Shown here: one piece after another, positions 35,829 through 47,620 of the stretch
Layout of the letters: each line of letters begins with the position of its first letter
How positions within the stretch are numbered: the stretch's first letter is position 1
DNA from: Geosiphon pyriformis uo1
Lineage: Eukaryota; Fungi; Glomeromycota
Assembly (NCBI GenBank): GCA_016748015.1
Contig: JAAOMT010000009.1
Coordinates: forward strand, 700,459 to 764,458
DNA: 64,000 bases
Direction: 5' to 3'
The notes under the pieces: generated by a model
Seen by the model: only the letters and a program-made list of their open reading frames with translations
The model's database searches: none
What the model was told of the DNA's origin: nothing
Position numbers and translations under genes: made by a program

Positions 35829-38800
35829 TTATGTGTATCTTATTCTTGACAAACAGTTAGCATTAGCATTTTTGGTATCTTCTTTGTATTTGATAATATA
35901 ATTGTATGGTGCTAACATTTGTGACCATCTGGCATATTTTCTTTTTAATGCTTTCTTGTTATTTAACCAGATCAGACCTCTATAATCTGTTATAATATTA
36001 AAGAGTTGGTACCGTAAATATGTGTCAAAGTAAACACAACTCCAGACTACTGCTAAGCATTCAAGTTCATATGCTGCATAGTTTTGTTCTGCCATACTGA
36101 GACTTCTGCTGGCATAAGCGATTACACGTTCTCTTCTATTATCATCTTTTTGTGACAGAATGGCTCCAAGTCCAGTTCCAGAGGCATCTGTGACCAAAAT
36201 GAATTTCTTGTTGAAATTCAGATAGATTATTATTGGTAATTTAATGAGCTTTCATCTAAGGTACTCAAAAGCTTTTTGTTGTGTTTCAGTTTATTCAAAC
36301 TTTACATTTTTAGATAGTAAGTAATTAAGGGGTTTGGTGATGTTTGAAAAGTTTTCTACAAAGTGGTGGTAGTAAGATGCAAGTCTTAAAAAGCTTCTAA
36401 CTTCTGAAATGTTTCAAGGTACTGGAAAATTTTTCACTTTGTCTATTTTTGATGGATCTGGTTTTATTCCATTTTTTCCAACTACATGTCTTAAAAATGC
36501 TAGCTCATTTTTCCCAAAGAAACATTTTTTTAGATTTAGTTTAAGTCCAGCATGTCTCAATCTCTCAAAAACTTGTTGTAAATGTTGGAGATGATCCGTG
36601 AATTTTGACGAGAAAACATTTGTATTATCCAAGTAGACAACAACGGATTGCTACAGGATTCTGAAGTAAATTACGTCCATTAGTCTTTGAAATGTCACGG
36701 GAGTGTTTGTTAATCCAAATGGCATTACATTGAACTCATAATTGCCATTTTGTGTTGTGAATGCTGTTTTATGCCTGTCCTTTGGGTCCATTTCTACTTG
36801 TCAGTACCCACTGGTCAAGTTCAGTATAGAAAACCATTTTGCTCCTCCAAAAACGTCGAAGATTTTTTCAATTAACGGTATTGGGTATGAGTCTTTGGTT
36901 GTTTTGCTGTTTAGTTTGCGATAGTTGATGCAAAATCTAATTTTTCTGTTCTTTTTCCTTACTAAAACAACTGGTGAGGACCATGGGCTCATTGATGATT
37001 GTATTATTCCTTTTTCCAACATGCTTTGGATTTCTTCTCTGATAAAATTATGTTTCATTAGTGAGACATGGTAAGCATGTTGTTTTTTAGGTCTGGCATC
37101 TCCAGTGGGGATTTGGTGTTGAACCAAGTTGGTTCTTTCAAATTCGCTATTTTATGAAAATATATCAGAGTATTTTAAAATTAATGCTTTTAATTGTTGC
37201 TTTTGGTCAGGATCCATTGTTCCAATGTTTAATTTGGCCAATTCTTCTGGCGTAAATTGATAGCATTCTAACAGTTGTTGCCAATTTATTGAAGTGAGTT
37301 CACAGTAGAGGGTGATTTCTGGGAAATTTAGAATTTCTTGTGGTGTTGACGCATTTTCTAGCTCTGTTCTGAGGTATCCAATAATGGTATCTTCCAGAAT
37401 GTAGACGGGTTCTTCTGTGGTGTTTGCGATAGGAATTTTTATCCATTGAGCTTTATCAGCTGGAATAAAAAGGTTAGTAAGTCCTATAAGAAACTGTTGG
37501 CAAGTTTTTGGGTAAGGCTCAAATATTAGGTCTTTTTTTTTAATTGTCCTTTTTATTCTTATTTCTGATTTTCCATATGGTAGGAGTGTGATGGACTGCT
37601 TATTTTTAATTACTTTACCTTTTTCCTCTATTGTTTCAGCGAAATTTGCTTCAATTCTTTTTCTTGTCAATCCGAAACCAAAAGTTCTTCTTGTTGTTTG
37701 TGACAATTCTTCATGATTTTCCACTGGCATAAATTTCCCAATTTTTACCAATGGTAGAAAAATTGCTTATGCAATTTTTTCCTTAGATTCAATGGTATAA
37801 GGCTTTTCTGAATTGTTCTGTAGCAAAACCATCAAATTTCCAGTGTATCTGGAGTCAATTACTCCTCCTTGAATGCTTATTTTTTTTTTCATGAGACTTG
37901 ATCGTGACGCTATTTGAACCATTATTCCTGGCAGAATTTCAACTGCTATTTTTAGGTCGATTTTGGTGATGCTTCTGAGTGGTAACATTGTGGATTGGTT
38001 TTCTGGATAACATAGATCGAATTCGGCATCGGTTGGATGGGCTCTTTCAGGTATTATTCCTAAGTGCCCATTGTCGAAGTATCGGATGTCGGTCACCTGT
38101 TCTAGGTCAGTATAGGCTACAAATTTTTCTGACTCAGGACCGTCAGGTGAGTCTTGTTGATTTATTAATTGATTTTGAGACTGCTGATTCTCAATTTCCA
38201 TTTTTTTTTCTAAGCCCCTTTCATCTTGACACTCTTCACAGCACTGATTTTGGCATGGGATGAGACAGTTTTCGCAGAGATAAGTGTTGATTTGGGTGAA
38301 GTATTGTTCTTGCTCTTGTCGAGTGGGGCATAGTTGTTGGTAGTAGTCCTGGAATTCGTCCACTGGATCAAACATGTTGTAGCTGGTGACTTCGTCAGCT
38401 ACTTCGGCTGACTTTTTCCAATGTCGTATTTCTTCAGCAGTTCCTTCTCTTATTTTGGCTTGTGCAGTGTTGTACAACTTGTCCTTATTGTGTGAGTAGT
38501 GCTGTAGTCTTTTTAATGCTCTGTTGAATGCTGCTTCGAATAGCATTCTTCCTCTTACCCAGTCACAGATGAGGATTGTGTATTGGCAAGTTGTGTCACA
38601 CATTCTTCCTCTGTCTGATATGTCATTCCAGTCGCACCCTCTTGGTAACGGTTCTCCACAAGCAAGGCACAGTTCCTCGTCCCATTTTCCATGTCTTTCT
38701 GGGTAACTGTATTTTTTTTTGTTACAATGGTTACAATAGTAATGGGTGGAGTTTCTTGGGTCTTTGTTTGGTGCACTGCACGCAGTCATAGACGAGAGTT

Positions 38801-41540
38801 TTTTCTTGCAAACTGAGCATTCTAGCTTTGGTCTGCGTCACTGGTGGTTTCTTTGTGAACTTACCTGGTTTCATTCGGATCTTTCTTCGCTGGTCCACAT
38901 TGGTACGGCTGGTAGTCTTGTTCTTTGGTCATCAGCCCAAGAAAACTGATAGGTTTCGATGGCTGGTAGTGCTAGATTTTTCTCAAATTTGAAGGTAGGT
39001 TTTTGGTTGGCACTGGGTTTTTGGAAGTAGTCACAGATGGCTGGAATTTTGGCCTGGTGGCTATTATAATTGATCAGAAGCTCTTGAGTAGTCCAGTCTA
39101 GAGTGGCATTGGCTTTTGTTAGCCAGTCATTCCCTACTAACGCTTAATATTGTGTAGCATCCATTACTAATATTTTTGTAGGTATTACTATGCCATTAAT
39201 TTCGAAAGGGAATGAGTCGATTTCACCATGAGACAGCTTTGTACTTCCATTGGCTGTTATGATTTGGGATGTCGCAGCACAATCAACTTTGAAACCCAGT
39301 TGGTTTACTAGTTGAAGCGTTATGATGCTTCCAGCGGATCTGCTGTCTAAGATAAGTTTGATTGGAGTATTGTTTACAGTGGCTTCCGTATACATAGCAG
39401 TGATTGGGCATTTTTCGTCCAATGCTGCTCCACTAAACATAGCCTCATTTTCCTCTAATTCAAAAGAAAAAATAGCTGCAAGGCTGCTATCTTCAGTGGC
39501 AACTGTTGGTGGTATTGTCTGGTTCAATTTGTTGGAAGAATTCTTGGTTTTGTTTATGTTTCTACTATCATTATTTCTGATGATTAGATTTTCTGGTATA
39601 TTAAGGTAAGTTTGTTGATAATTTTGGTAGTTTGAATTGGTTTGCTGATTGGTTTTGGCACAGTTTGGATTCCTCTGGACCAACGCGTTCTGGTTCTACA
39701 TGGGCTGATTTCAGGCCTTGGGATGCCAATTTGGGTTGGCTATCATGGGCTGTTGCTGGTAAGCTCCTTGATTTTAATACGTGGTGGAATATTGGTGTGG
39801 TATTGGCGTGTACTGGTTTCTAAGCATTTGGGGTGGTGTGTAGTAATTATTTTCATGTGCTTCTTGCATCATTCGCATTCGACATTGACTAATCAAATGT
39901 CCTATGCATTTGCAAAAATGGCAGGTGCGCGTTTTTGTTCTGAATTTCTGGCGTGATGAGCGATTATTTTGACTGTCACTAACTTCCTGGCTGCATCTTT
40001 GGAGTGGTTGGTATGTATTTCTTCTCGGATCCAGGATGAGGTAACTTTCTATTTTCTTAGAGAATTCCTCCCCTAATTGTATTACTCTTTTCTCTAATGT
40101 TTCTGTCTTATTTTCCTTCATTATCATGTTAACTATTTAACTATGGTTAGCTTTTTTCTCAGCTGATTCAAGGGCTCTGGCAAGTGTAATGGCTTCTAGT
40201 AAGGAATTAGGGTGGGCAGGGCGTACTCTTTCTAAAATGCTGCTTTTTAATTCTCTAATAAACTGATTTAAAACCTAAGGATCAGTGTAGTATCCTTGTT
40301 TAATCACTTCAATCTGATGGCAAATTCGATTGAATCGAGCAAGGTATTGGGTAACAGTTTCACTGGTATTTTGCTTGATAGTATTGAATTCATTTTGTAG
40401 TTAGATTATGGCGTTTGGGTCGCTAAAATACTCCAGGAGTGCATTTTTAAATTTGGTGAAGCTCGTGGATTTTGTTTCCAGGCTTTGATACCACAAGTCG
40501 GCTGTGCCTTTCAGGAAGAAAGGTAATATTTGAATTGCTCTTTGGTTGTTCCAGTTATTTGTCTGGATGGCTTTTTGTGCTTCTCTGAGCCATGTGTGCA
40601 TGTCCATTTCTTCTTTCTCTCCTGAGAAATCTGTTAGTCTTGTAATGTATGGTGTGGTCATTTCATTGCCATTTTTTGCTGGTGGGCTTATTGGTCTAAG
40701 AGGAGGTGAGATGATATTTCTTTAAGCATTCCTAAAGATGGCTTCCCTTATATCCAGTTCTTTTTCTTGATCATGAGTTTTTTGGTTTCTGGATTGGCTG
40801 CTTGTTTCAGTGACTGGTCTTGTGATTGTTTTTTCGCTGGTCTTTTTTTCAGATTCCGATTCAGACTCCTCTTCACAGTTTTCAAACCCCATTCTAAATT
40901 TTGGCTGAAAAAGAGGGTTTTGGAATAGTGATAAATATCCTCCTGTAATTGGTATGTCTCCCCAGTTATGTTGTTTAATTTTATCAGTATAATTAGAAGT
41001 TCTTGGCATTTGTGGAGTTGATGTTAATGATGATGCAGCTTCTAATAGAATTTGTATCTTATTTTCTGGTGAAAAATGGTATGATTTATCTTCTGGTGAA
41101 TAAATACGTTGTTTCTTTATTGATTAAGTGACAGTTTTCTTTGGTGTTTGAGCTAGTGTTCCTAGTTTTTGCTGGTTACTTTTCCGATTAGTTTTTAAAT
41201 TTTTTTTGGTTTTGTTGATGCATTTTTTAGTGTTTCCTGTGGATATTGGAAAATTTTCGTTGGCGTATTGCTCAATTTCTTGATGGATTTTGACAATAGT
41301 TGCGGCTATTACTGTTACTTCTTTTGTAGTGTATTGTGATAATTCTCTATACAATCCAAGTTTTGCATCATGTGGTTCTTCTTCCTTTCCTATATGATAA
41401 TTTATTCTGGCGTTGATATAATAAGTGAGGGCAGATTCTGCTGGACAACACCCTTCTGATAATCCAAGATTACTTTGATTTTGTGTGTAAATAGCACAGC
41501 AGAATTCAAGAACAGTAAGATTAGGGGTTTTTGTCATCAC
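35829..41540 (-). pseudogene. Single-frame gag-protease-Cys domain-dUTPase-RT-RNase H polyprotein of D
   Basis: ORF pieces starting at 41540, 41009, 40661, 40127, 39683, 38789, 37751, 37127, 36632 and 36197 share one frame. Knuckle CHFCKCIGHLISQC, protease LILDSRSAGS, RT YLDN, RNase H TDASGTGLGAIL. Confidence 0.93.
37665..38087 (-). pseudogene. dut: dUTPase domain within D pol
   Basis: All five trimeric dUTPase motifs recognisable: DAEFDL, IASRSS, GGVIDSRYTG, KIA*(Q), RRTFGFGLT. Confidence 0.92.
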
Positions 41541-41604
41541 TTTTGTCTCTTCCTTTTTAGCAATGAATTATTGCTAATTATTATTTCTTTTTTGATTTTC
41601 TTTT

Positions 41605-41620
41605 CTCATAGGGTTCACCA
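41605..41620 (-). promoter_or_regulatory. Primer-binding site of D (possibly tRNA-Trp)
   Basis: tt-TGGTGAACCCTATGAG next to the 5' LTR; the tRNA identity is a tentative recollection of Trp 3' ends. Confidence 0.7.
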
Positions 41621-41622
41621 AA

Positions 41623-42497
41623 TGTTACGGGATGGTTTTCTTGTTATATTTAATTGCTGATATCCCATTTTAATTACAATCAGTCTTTCGTGAGTTCCTC
41701 AATTCTATTTGTGTGATAATATTACTGTTATACTGAAGGCTTTCTTTTAATGTTGTGATATAAGTTATTTTTCAATTCCTGATTGTTGTGTGTGTTTATG
41801 TACTCCTTCTCAGAGGCTAAACTGAAATCTACCCACTGTCTGGGGTCTTTTCTGAGGCTATCCTTGCAATTGCCTGATGTGTTTCTCTAATCTAGAAACA
41901 CAGAATGTTAATGGTCTTTAGCGCTTTTTCTAATTCTTACAATAAAGCTTTTATCAATTAGTAACAACGTGAATAATCTTGATCAAGGATTATTCTTCCA
42001 AAAGATTCAGTTGATGAATGATAGTTTCATTCAATAAATAATACAAGTAAGTTTCTTAATACTCTGGGTTGTGATAATTCAGTTTTAAATATTCTTTTTT
42101 ATTTCTTTTTAATTTAAAGATTTCTTGGGATATTTAATTTGAAAGTATGATTTAAAGTGGAGTTTGTTGAATAAAATTGGATCTATTGCTTGATAAGTTA
42201 TGATTTTTATTACTTGATTGTTTTTTTCCTAATATTAAAACTACTGTATATATACATGTTTGTAGTTCTACGAGAAAACACATTGTAATATTTTCTTTTT
42301 GATATTTCAACCTGGTGTTTGCTGCTATCACCAGTTGGTGTTGGCTGCTATTGTAAACTGGTGCTTGCCACTATTACAAGATGGTGTTTGCTACTATGTT
42401 AATCATTACCTTTCTAAGATTATTACTGCGCTATATTATGATTGAATAGTTTGTATTATTTTTATGATTCTTTTTGCTAAATTCTTAAACCATAACA
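41623..42497 (-). repeat. 5' LTR of D
   Basis: tgttacgg...cataaca; direct repeat of 32779-33653. Confidence 0.96.
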
Positions 42498-42501
42498 GCA
42501 T

Positions 42502-45206
42502 GCTTTGCAAAAGTAGCAGGTGCAAGTTTCATATTCCTTTTCTGGAGAAATACATGCTCCCATTAATGAAAGTTTCTTGTTGCAATCTTTGTATTTGAGT
42601 AGAATATAAGATGGTTGTTTCCATGGTTCTAATGTGAAATATCTAACTACATTCTATCCTCTGGTTTCTTCAAAAATTTTTTGTTCTGTTTCTTTAGCCC
42701 AATTGGATGGTAATCCAAAAGCCATAAAAATTTCAGTGACTGGTAGTTCTCTCTTCTCTTCAAATTCGAATACTGAGGCTTTTTCAGATTTTTTATTAAA
42801 GATATCACAAGTGGCAGGTACTCTGGTGTATTGTCCTTGATATAAAATCTTCAATTTCTGAGTTTCTTAATCTAAATTTGCATTGGTCTTAAGAAGCTAA
42901 TCATTTCTGATAAGAGCTTAATATTGGGGTGTATTTATAACTAGAACTTTGACTGGAATGGTGATTCCATCAATGGTGAATGGGAAATTGTCAATTTCTC
43001 CTACTGGTATTTTTTTCATACCATCTGCTATAACAATTACAGTTTGGACTGGTCTGTTAACAGTTCTTTAAAGCTGTTGCATTAACTGATAGGTAATAAT
43101 ACTTCCAGCTAAAAAACTGTCTAAGATTAACTGAATTGGTTTTTCTTCTACTTTAGTTTCTGTATACATAGCTGTAATTGCTTTTTGTTCATTAACTACT
43201 GTATTGCTAAGCAAGAATGATGATTCATTTGCTTTAAATTCGAATAGAAATATATCTGAAAGGTTGGTATTTTGGGCAATTTAGATTGGTAGAATAGTAT
43301 TGTTGGAAGGGTTTGATCTTGGTGCTACAACTTCATTTCCAGAAAGTGCAGTTTGTTGAAAATTCGATCTTTTAGGCATTGTGAGATAATTGGGTTAAGT
43401 GTAATAGTGATTGGGTTTTTGCTGATCAGAATTTCGGAGAACTAACTGGTTGTTTGGATTGATTCTGTTGTTGTTATTCTGAAATTGATTTTAAGATGTG
43501 AATTGGTTTTGTTGAACTAATCTTCGAACAGGTACTTGGTATTATTGTGTAGGTGGCTGTTGATACTGTTGAATTGGTTGAGATTGTTGATATTGCTGCT
43601 GTAGAACAGGCTGATAGTAATTGTTCTGCTGTTGGAATCTTAAAAAATAATAAGCTGGTGGTAGAGGCTGGTAATAAGATTGCTGTGTTGAAGAGTAACA
43701 CTAATTACTCCTGTTTTGTTGGTCTCTTTGTAGCTTTCTGCAATCTTGTTTCCAATGTTCTGAAATCTCACAATAATAACAACTTTGATTTTAACTGTTT
43801 GATGATAATAAGTAGTTGGTTTGGTTTTATTATTATGGTGGCTAATATCTTTGTAATTGTTGCTGTTGTTGCTGGTTAATGAAATAGTTCTCAACTTTCT
43901 TTGTAAGTTGGTTAATTTTTTCTTTAGCTGCTGAGCTGGTTTCTCCAATAGCAAGATTCACAAGTTTGGTATGGTTTGCTTCTTCTATTGCCATTTCATA
44001 GTTCTTTGCATGTCTAATAGCTATTGCTAAGTTTTCTGGAACATGTGGGCGAACTTTCTTAATTAACTTGTCTTTCAATCCTGCTATAAACTGAACCAAA
44101 ATCTGGGCATTGGAATAGTATTCATTGGTTTCCAATTGTCGAATTTGTCAAAGAAATTTGTTGAATCTTCCAAAATAGGTCATAACAGTTTCTGATGTTT
44201 CTTGTTTGATATTGTGAAAGCAATTGCAGAGAGTAATAAAGGTGTTGTTGTTAGTGAATTGTTGTAAGAAAGCATTTTTGAATGCTTGCCAGTTTTCAAA
44301 TAGTTCTTCTAAGTTTTCAAACCATTTTTCTGCAGTTTTTTGGAGAAAGTATGAGATTGTTTTAAGCATTTTTGCCGCATTCCAACTATTTGCATCTCTT
44401 GCTTTTTGAACTTTGTCAAGCCATTCTTGAAGGCTAGTATTATTATCTTTACCAGTAAATTCTGGAATCTTTGCAATGTAAGCAGTTGTCATTTTTTCTT
44501 CATTTTCTGTAATTTTTTCTGGTTCTGATTCAGTTTTTTCACTTTCTAAGTTTTCTGAATAATTTCTTTCATTTTCCTGTAAGTAATCAAGAAGATTGGT
44601 GCTGGTTAATATTGGTTCTTGCTGTTGAGTAGGATTTTTAGGTGACTAAAAATTTTTTGGTCTAGAGAAACAGTTAAGTAGTGAATTTGGTGTTTGTGGT
44701 TGAGCAAGTGAAATTGGAAATAATGTAATAAAAAGTGGTAATTTGACACTGGTTTTTTGTTCAGGTGTTTATAAGTGTTTGGTAGTTGTCTTTGGTGTTT
44801 TTAGAATATTTGGGGTGGTACTTAAGTGTTGTTTTAGTTTTTGTTTGCCTTTGTTGTTTGTTTTTGTTTTTGATTCAAAGTCAATAGAGTATTTAAACTG
44901 TACTGGATATGTTTTTTTACAATACTTGATAATGTTAAAATTAAGTTCTTGGAAGTAGGTGGCAAGTGTTTTACTGTTAAGGTCTTTAGTTCCCAATTGT
45001 AAATAGTGCACTAAATTATTGTAGAAGTTGCTTCTAACTTCTGAAATGTTGTAATTTCTAAGAAGATAATTGTTGATGCAGTTTTCAATATACTGGTAAA
45101 GTGTCCTCTTAACAATTTCAATTCCATCTGGAATGTTAAATTTTTGCTTGCAATAAGTGTAAATTGACTGATAATACTCTAGAGTTGTTGTGTCTGGTGT
45201 GGTCAC
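42502..45206 (-). pseudogene. C gag-protease and start of the Cys-rich domain
   Basis: Pieces at 45206, 44492, 44135 and 42854 share a frame, and stay in frame with 32324, 31766 and 31118 once D plus its TSD is removed. Capsid IPEFTGKD..QEWLDK; protease LILDS. Confidence 0.9.
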
Positions 45207-45240
45207 TACTTTGAAGTTGTTATTACTGTGTTATTTCTAT

Positions 45241-45252
45241 AGGAAAGCACCA
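45241..45252 (-). promoter_or_regulatory. Primer-binding site of C
   Basis: tt-TGGTGCTTTCCT adjacent to the 5' LTR. Confidence 0.75.
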
Positions 45253-45254
45253 AA

Positions 45255-46228
45255 TATTACCAGAGGTTTTTGGTCTCTTTTTTTGAATGTTGTTACTGTT
45301 TGTCTGTTGCTAATTTTACGTTTTCTGAAAGCAATTAAATCTTCAATAACTGAATTTATTTTCAAATTATCTCCTATAATTTGAACTACTGGACTTATGA
45401 ATGGAATGGCCAATTCTATACCAGTTACTTTGTGTAGTTACATTGTAGTAAACATCAACTTTTTCCCAAAAATTGCTCATCTAAAAGCTTACTAAAATTG
45501 TGTAGTTACTTTGCTGTAAAAGTCAACTCTTTTACAGGAATCTTGTCTGTAGGCTACCCTAATGATTGTAATAAGAAAATAAAAGAAAAAAATAAAAGAA
45601 GTATAAAAAAAATAAAATTTTGTCAAGAGAAACGTTTTTTATCCAGGCCTGAAATCATTAACAGATTACTGAAATTGGTAGCTAATTAATTTCAAAATGT
45701 TAGTCGAGTTTTGGGGAATTTTAAGTGTAATAATCAAAGATTTGGTTTTTGAATATTTAATTTTTATTTAAATGTGTAAAAGATGATTTGTTTCAATTAA
45801 GATATCTAAAGTAAGATACTATATTATAATACCATAAGAAGATACATTTTTTTAAAGAGAGAAGCTCTTCTTTTATATAACTTGTTGTAGTACTAGTCTT
45901 TGAACTTGCACTTTTCTCTTTGTTACAATTTGGGTGAACTAAAGATACATTTTGGCAAACTACAAGTTATTTCACTGAACTATTAATTATTTCGGCCAAT
46001 TTTCATTAATTTAGGCGAATTTTGACTATGTTAAATGGTTCAGGGTATTGTGTAATTTAATCATCTTAATTTCTATAGTACAAATCGGATTATTAATTGA
46101 GTAATAATATTTGATAATTTAATTAAATAATAAGTGATAATCAAAATGATAATAATATATGCTAATTAATAATAAGAATTATAAGAGTAATTTTATGCTA
46201 ATTAATAGCTAAAATTCTATTGGTAACA
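45255..46228 (-). repeat. 5' LTR of C
   Basis: Direct repeat of 26630-27603. Confidence 0.95.
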
Positions 46229-47049
46229 ATGCCAAAAATTCAGCTCTGAAGCAATGATGAAAACCAACTTAAGCCAATATTGAAAAAATGCAATTTTTAA
46301 TAATATGAGCACTATGATAATTCTAAGTTTTAGATAATACTAATATGCTACATAATATGCCAATTTTATTATTAGTTATTGACTAATCTAAATTTATGCA
46401 AGAATATATGTACATATCTTTGATATAATTTTATAATTTTTTAATACTTTAAAAAATTTATTTGTAATATTTATTCTATTATATTATTTATTTATTAATC
46501 CAAAATTAATTATTGTTTATTAAAAATTCTAATTGTTATTAATATAATAAACAGTAATAAAAACAAAAACTTTGTTATTAAAAGATATCCAGAGATTTAA
46601 TGTAAAAAAAATTTTGGACTTAATAATACCTAAGTATGTTTATTATATTATAAGTATAAATAAAAAAAAAGAACATTTTATAATAAAAATAGTGCTTATT
46701 TTTAATTTTTGTCTATCTAAGACATAAAGTTTTATGATTTTATTCTTAATTGCATTAGCACAAACAAGTTGAGAAATAGAATTCAAATATTGAAATATTT
46801 TAATTAATTCTGGGTCTTTTATTGTAAAAAGTAGTTATTAATAATTAATAAGCCAAATAGTAATCATGTTACAAAGTTTTTTATTATCAATATTAATAAC
46901 AATTACCACAGAAGACTAGAGCAGTTTTTTAGTTAGATTAGTCAAAAAAAAAATAGCAATTTTATTTGTTGAAACATTTTTTTAATTAACTTATAATCTT
47001 TTTAGACATTTTGTTTTTTCTTATAATATTCTTTTATTGTAACATATAC

Positions 47050-47200
47050 TGTCTAGTAAAAAGTCTTTAAATAGTGCCATAAAAGTTTGGTAGTGTTCAT
47101 AGTTCTACAAAAAAATTGTTTATGTACATATTTTAAGACTGTACATTTAGCTGTTTTTTTTTGTTTACTTAAACTTATCAAAATAGTTCTATACTTTACT
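47050..47200 (-). pseudogene. BED zinc-finger remnant of the hAT transposase
   Basis: NYFDKF..KTAKCTV... and, after a frameshift, NTTKLLWHYLKT fit the W.YF...AKC..C...TT.L..HL pattern. Confidence 0.6.
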
Positions 47201-47620
47201 TTAAAAATTATATTTACCAAATATATTAATATTTAAACTATTTGGGTTATTAAATTCTATTATTTTGGATTTTAAATCTTCAATAATATTGAATAATGCC
47301 AACAATAAATTTATTTTGGTAAGTTAGAAAGTAAAATTGTTATACATGCATAGTTTTATATATCTTTTTAATTGATTATAGTAATTAAATAAAGTAATAA
47401 TTAATAAACAATTAATACAAGTTATATCTTTTTTTAATTCCATTAAACTTAAACAAGTTTGTGAATTTTGAACCAAACTCAGACTTGTTAAACAAATTTA
47501 ATGCTAAACTCAAACTAAACCTACTTTAAAAAATTGGCTTAGTTTAAGTTTGGTTTGTAATTTAAACCAAACTTGAACAACACTTAAAATTTGGTTTAGT
47601 TTGGTTTAATTAAAACTTTA

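Larger units (their letters stand above)
32779..42497 (-). mobile_element. Gypsy D, full length (9.7 kb), youngest and best-preserved LTR element
   Basis: 875-bp LTRs 32779-33653 and 41623-42497; TSD GCAT/GCAT; PBS TGGTGAACCCTATG; PPT GAAAAGAGGAG. Confidence 0.97.
26630..46228 (-). mobile_element. Gypsy C, full length (~9.9 kb net), dUTPase-bearing, hosts D
   Basis: 974-bp LTRs 26630-27603 and 45255-46228; TSD ATGC/ATGC; PBS TGGTGCTTTCCT; PPT GAGGAGGAGG. Confidence 0.96.
16167..47620 (-). mobile_element. hAT-superfamily DNA transposon (~3.4 kb net), split by B1, a solo LTR and C
   Basis: TIRs taaagttctaat / attaaaacttta; degenerate 8-bp TSD gtctaata / gtctagtg; subterminal aaact/aaacc repeats at 16180-16370 and 47440-47610; flanks rejoin as LTR family A. 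Confidence 0.88.

Noticed and set aside
35829-41540. Alternative genetic code (TAA/TAG read as Gln) explaining the in-frame stops
   Set aside because: Most stops fall at different positions in homologous elements, also hit Trp and Arg codons, and come with catalytic missense changes, which fits mutational decay. Only the post-RNase H stop is positionally conserved.
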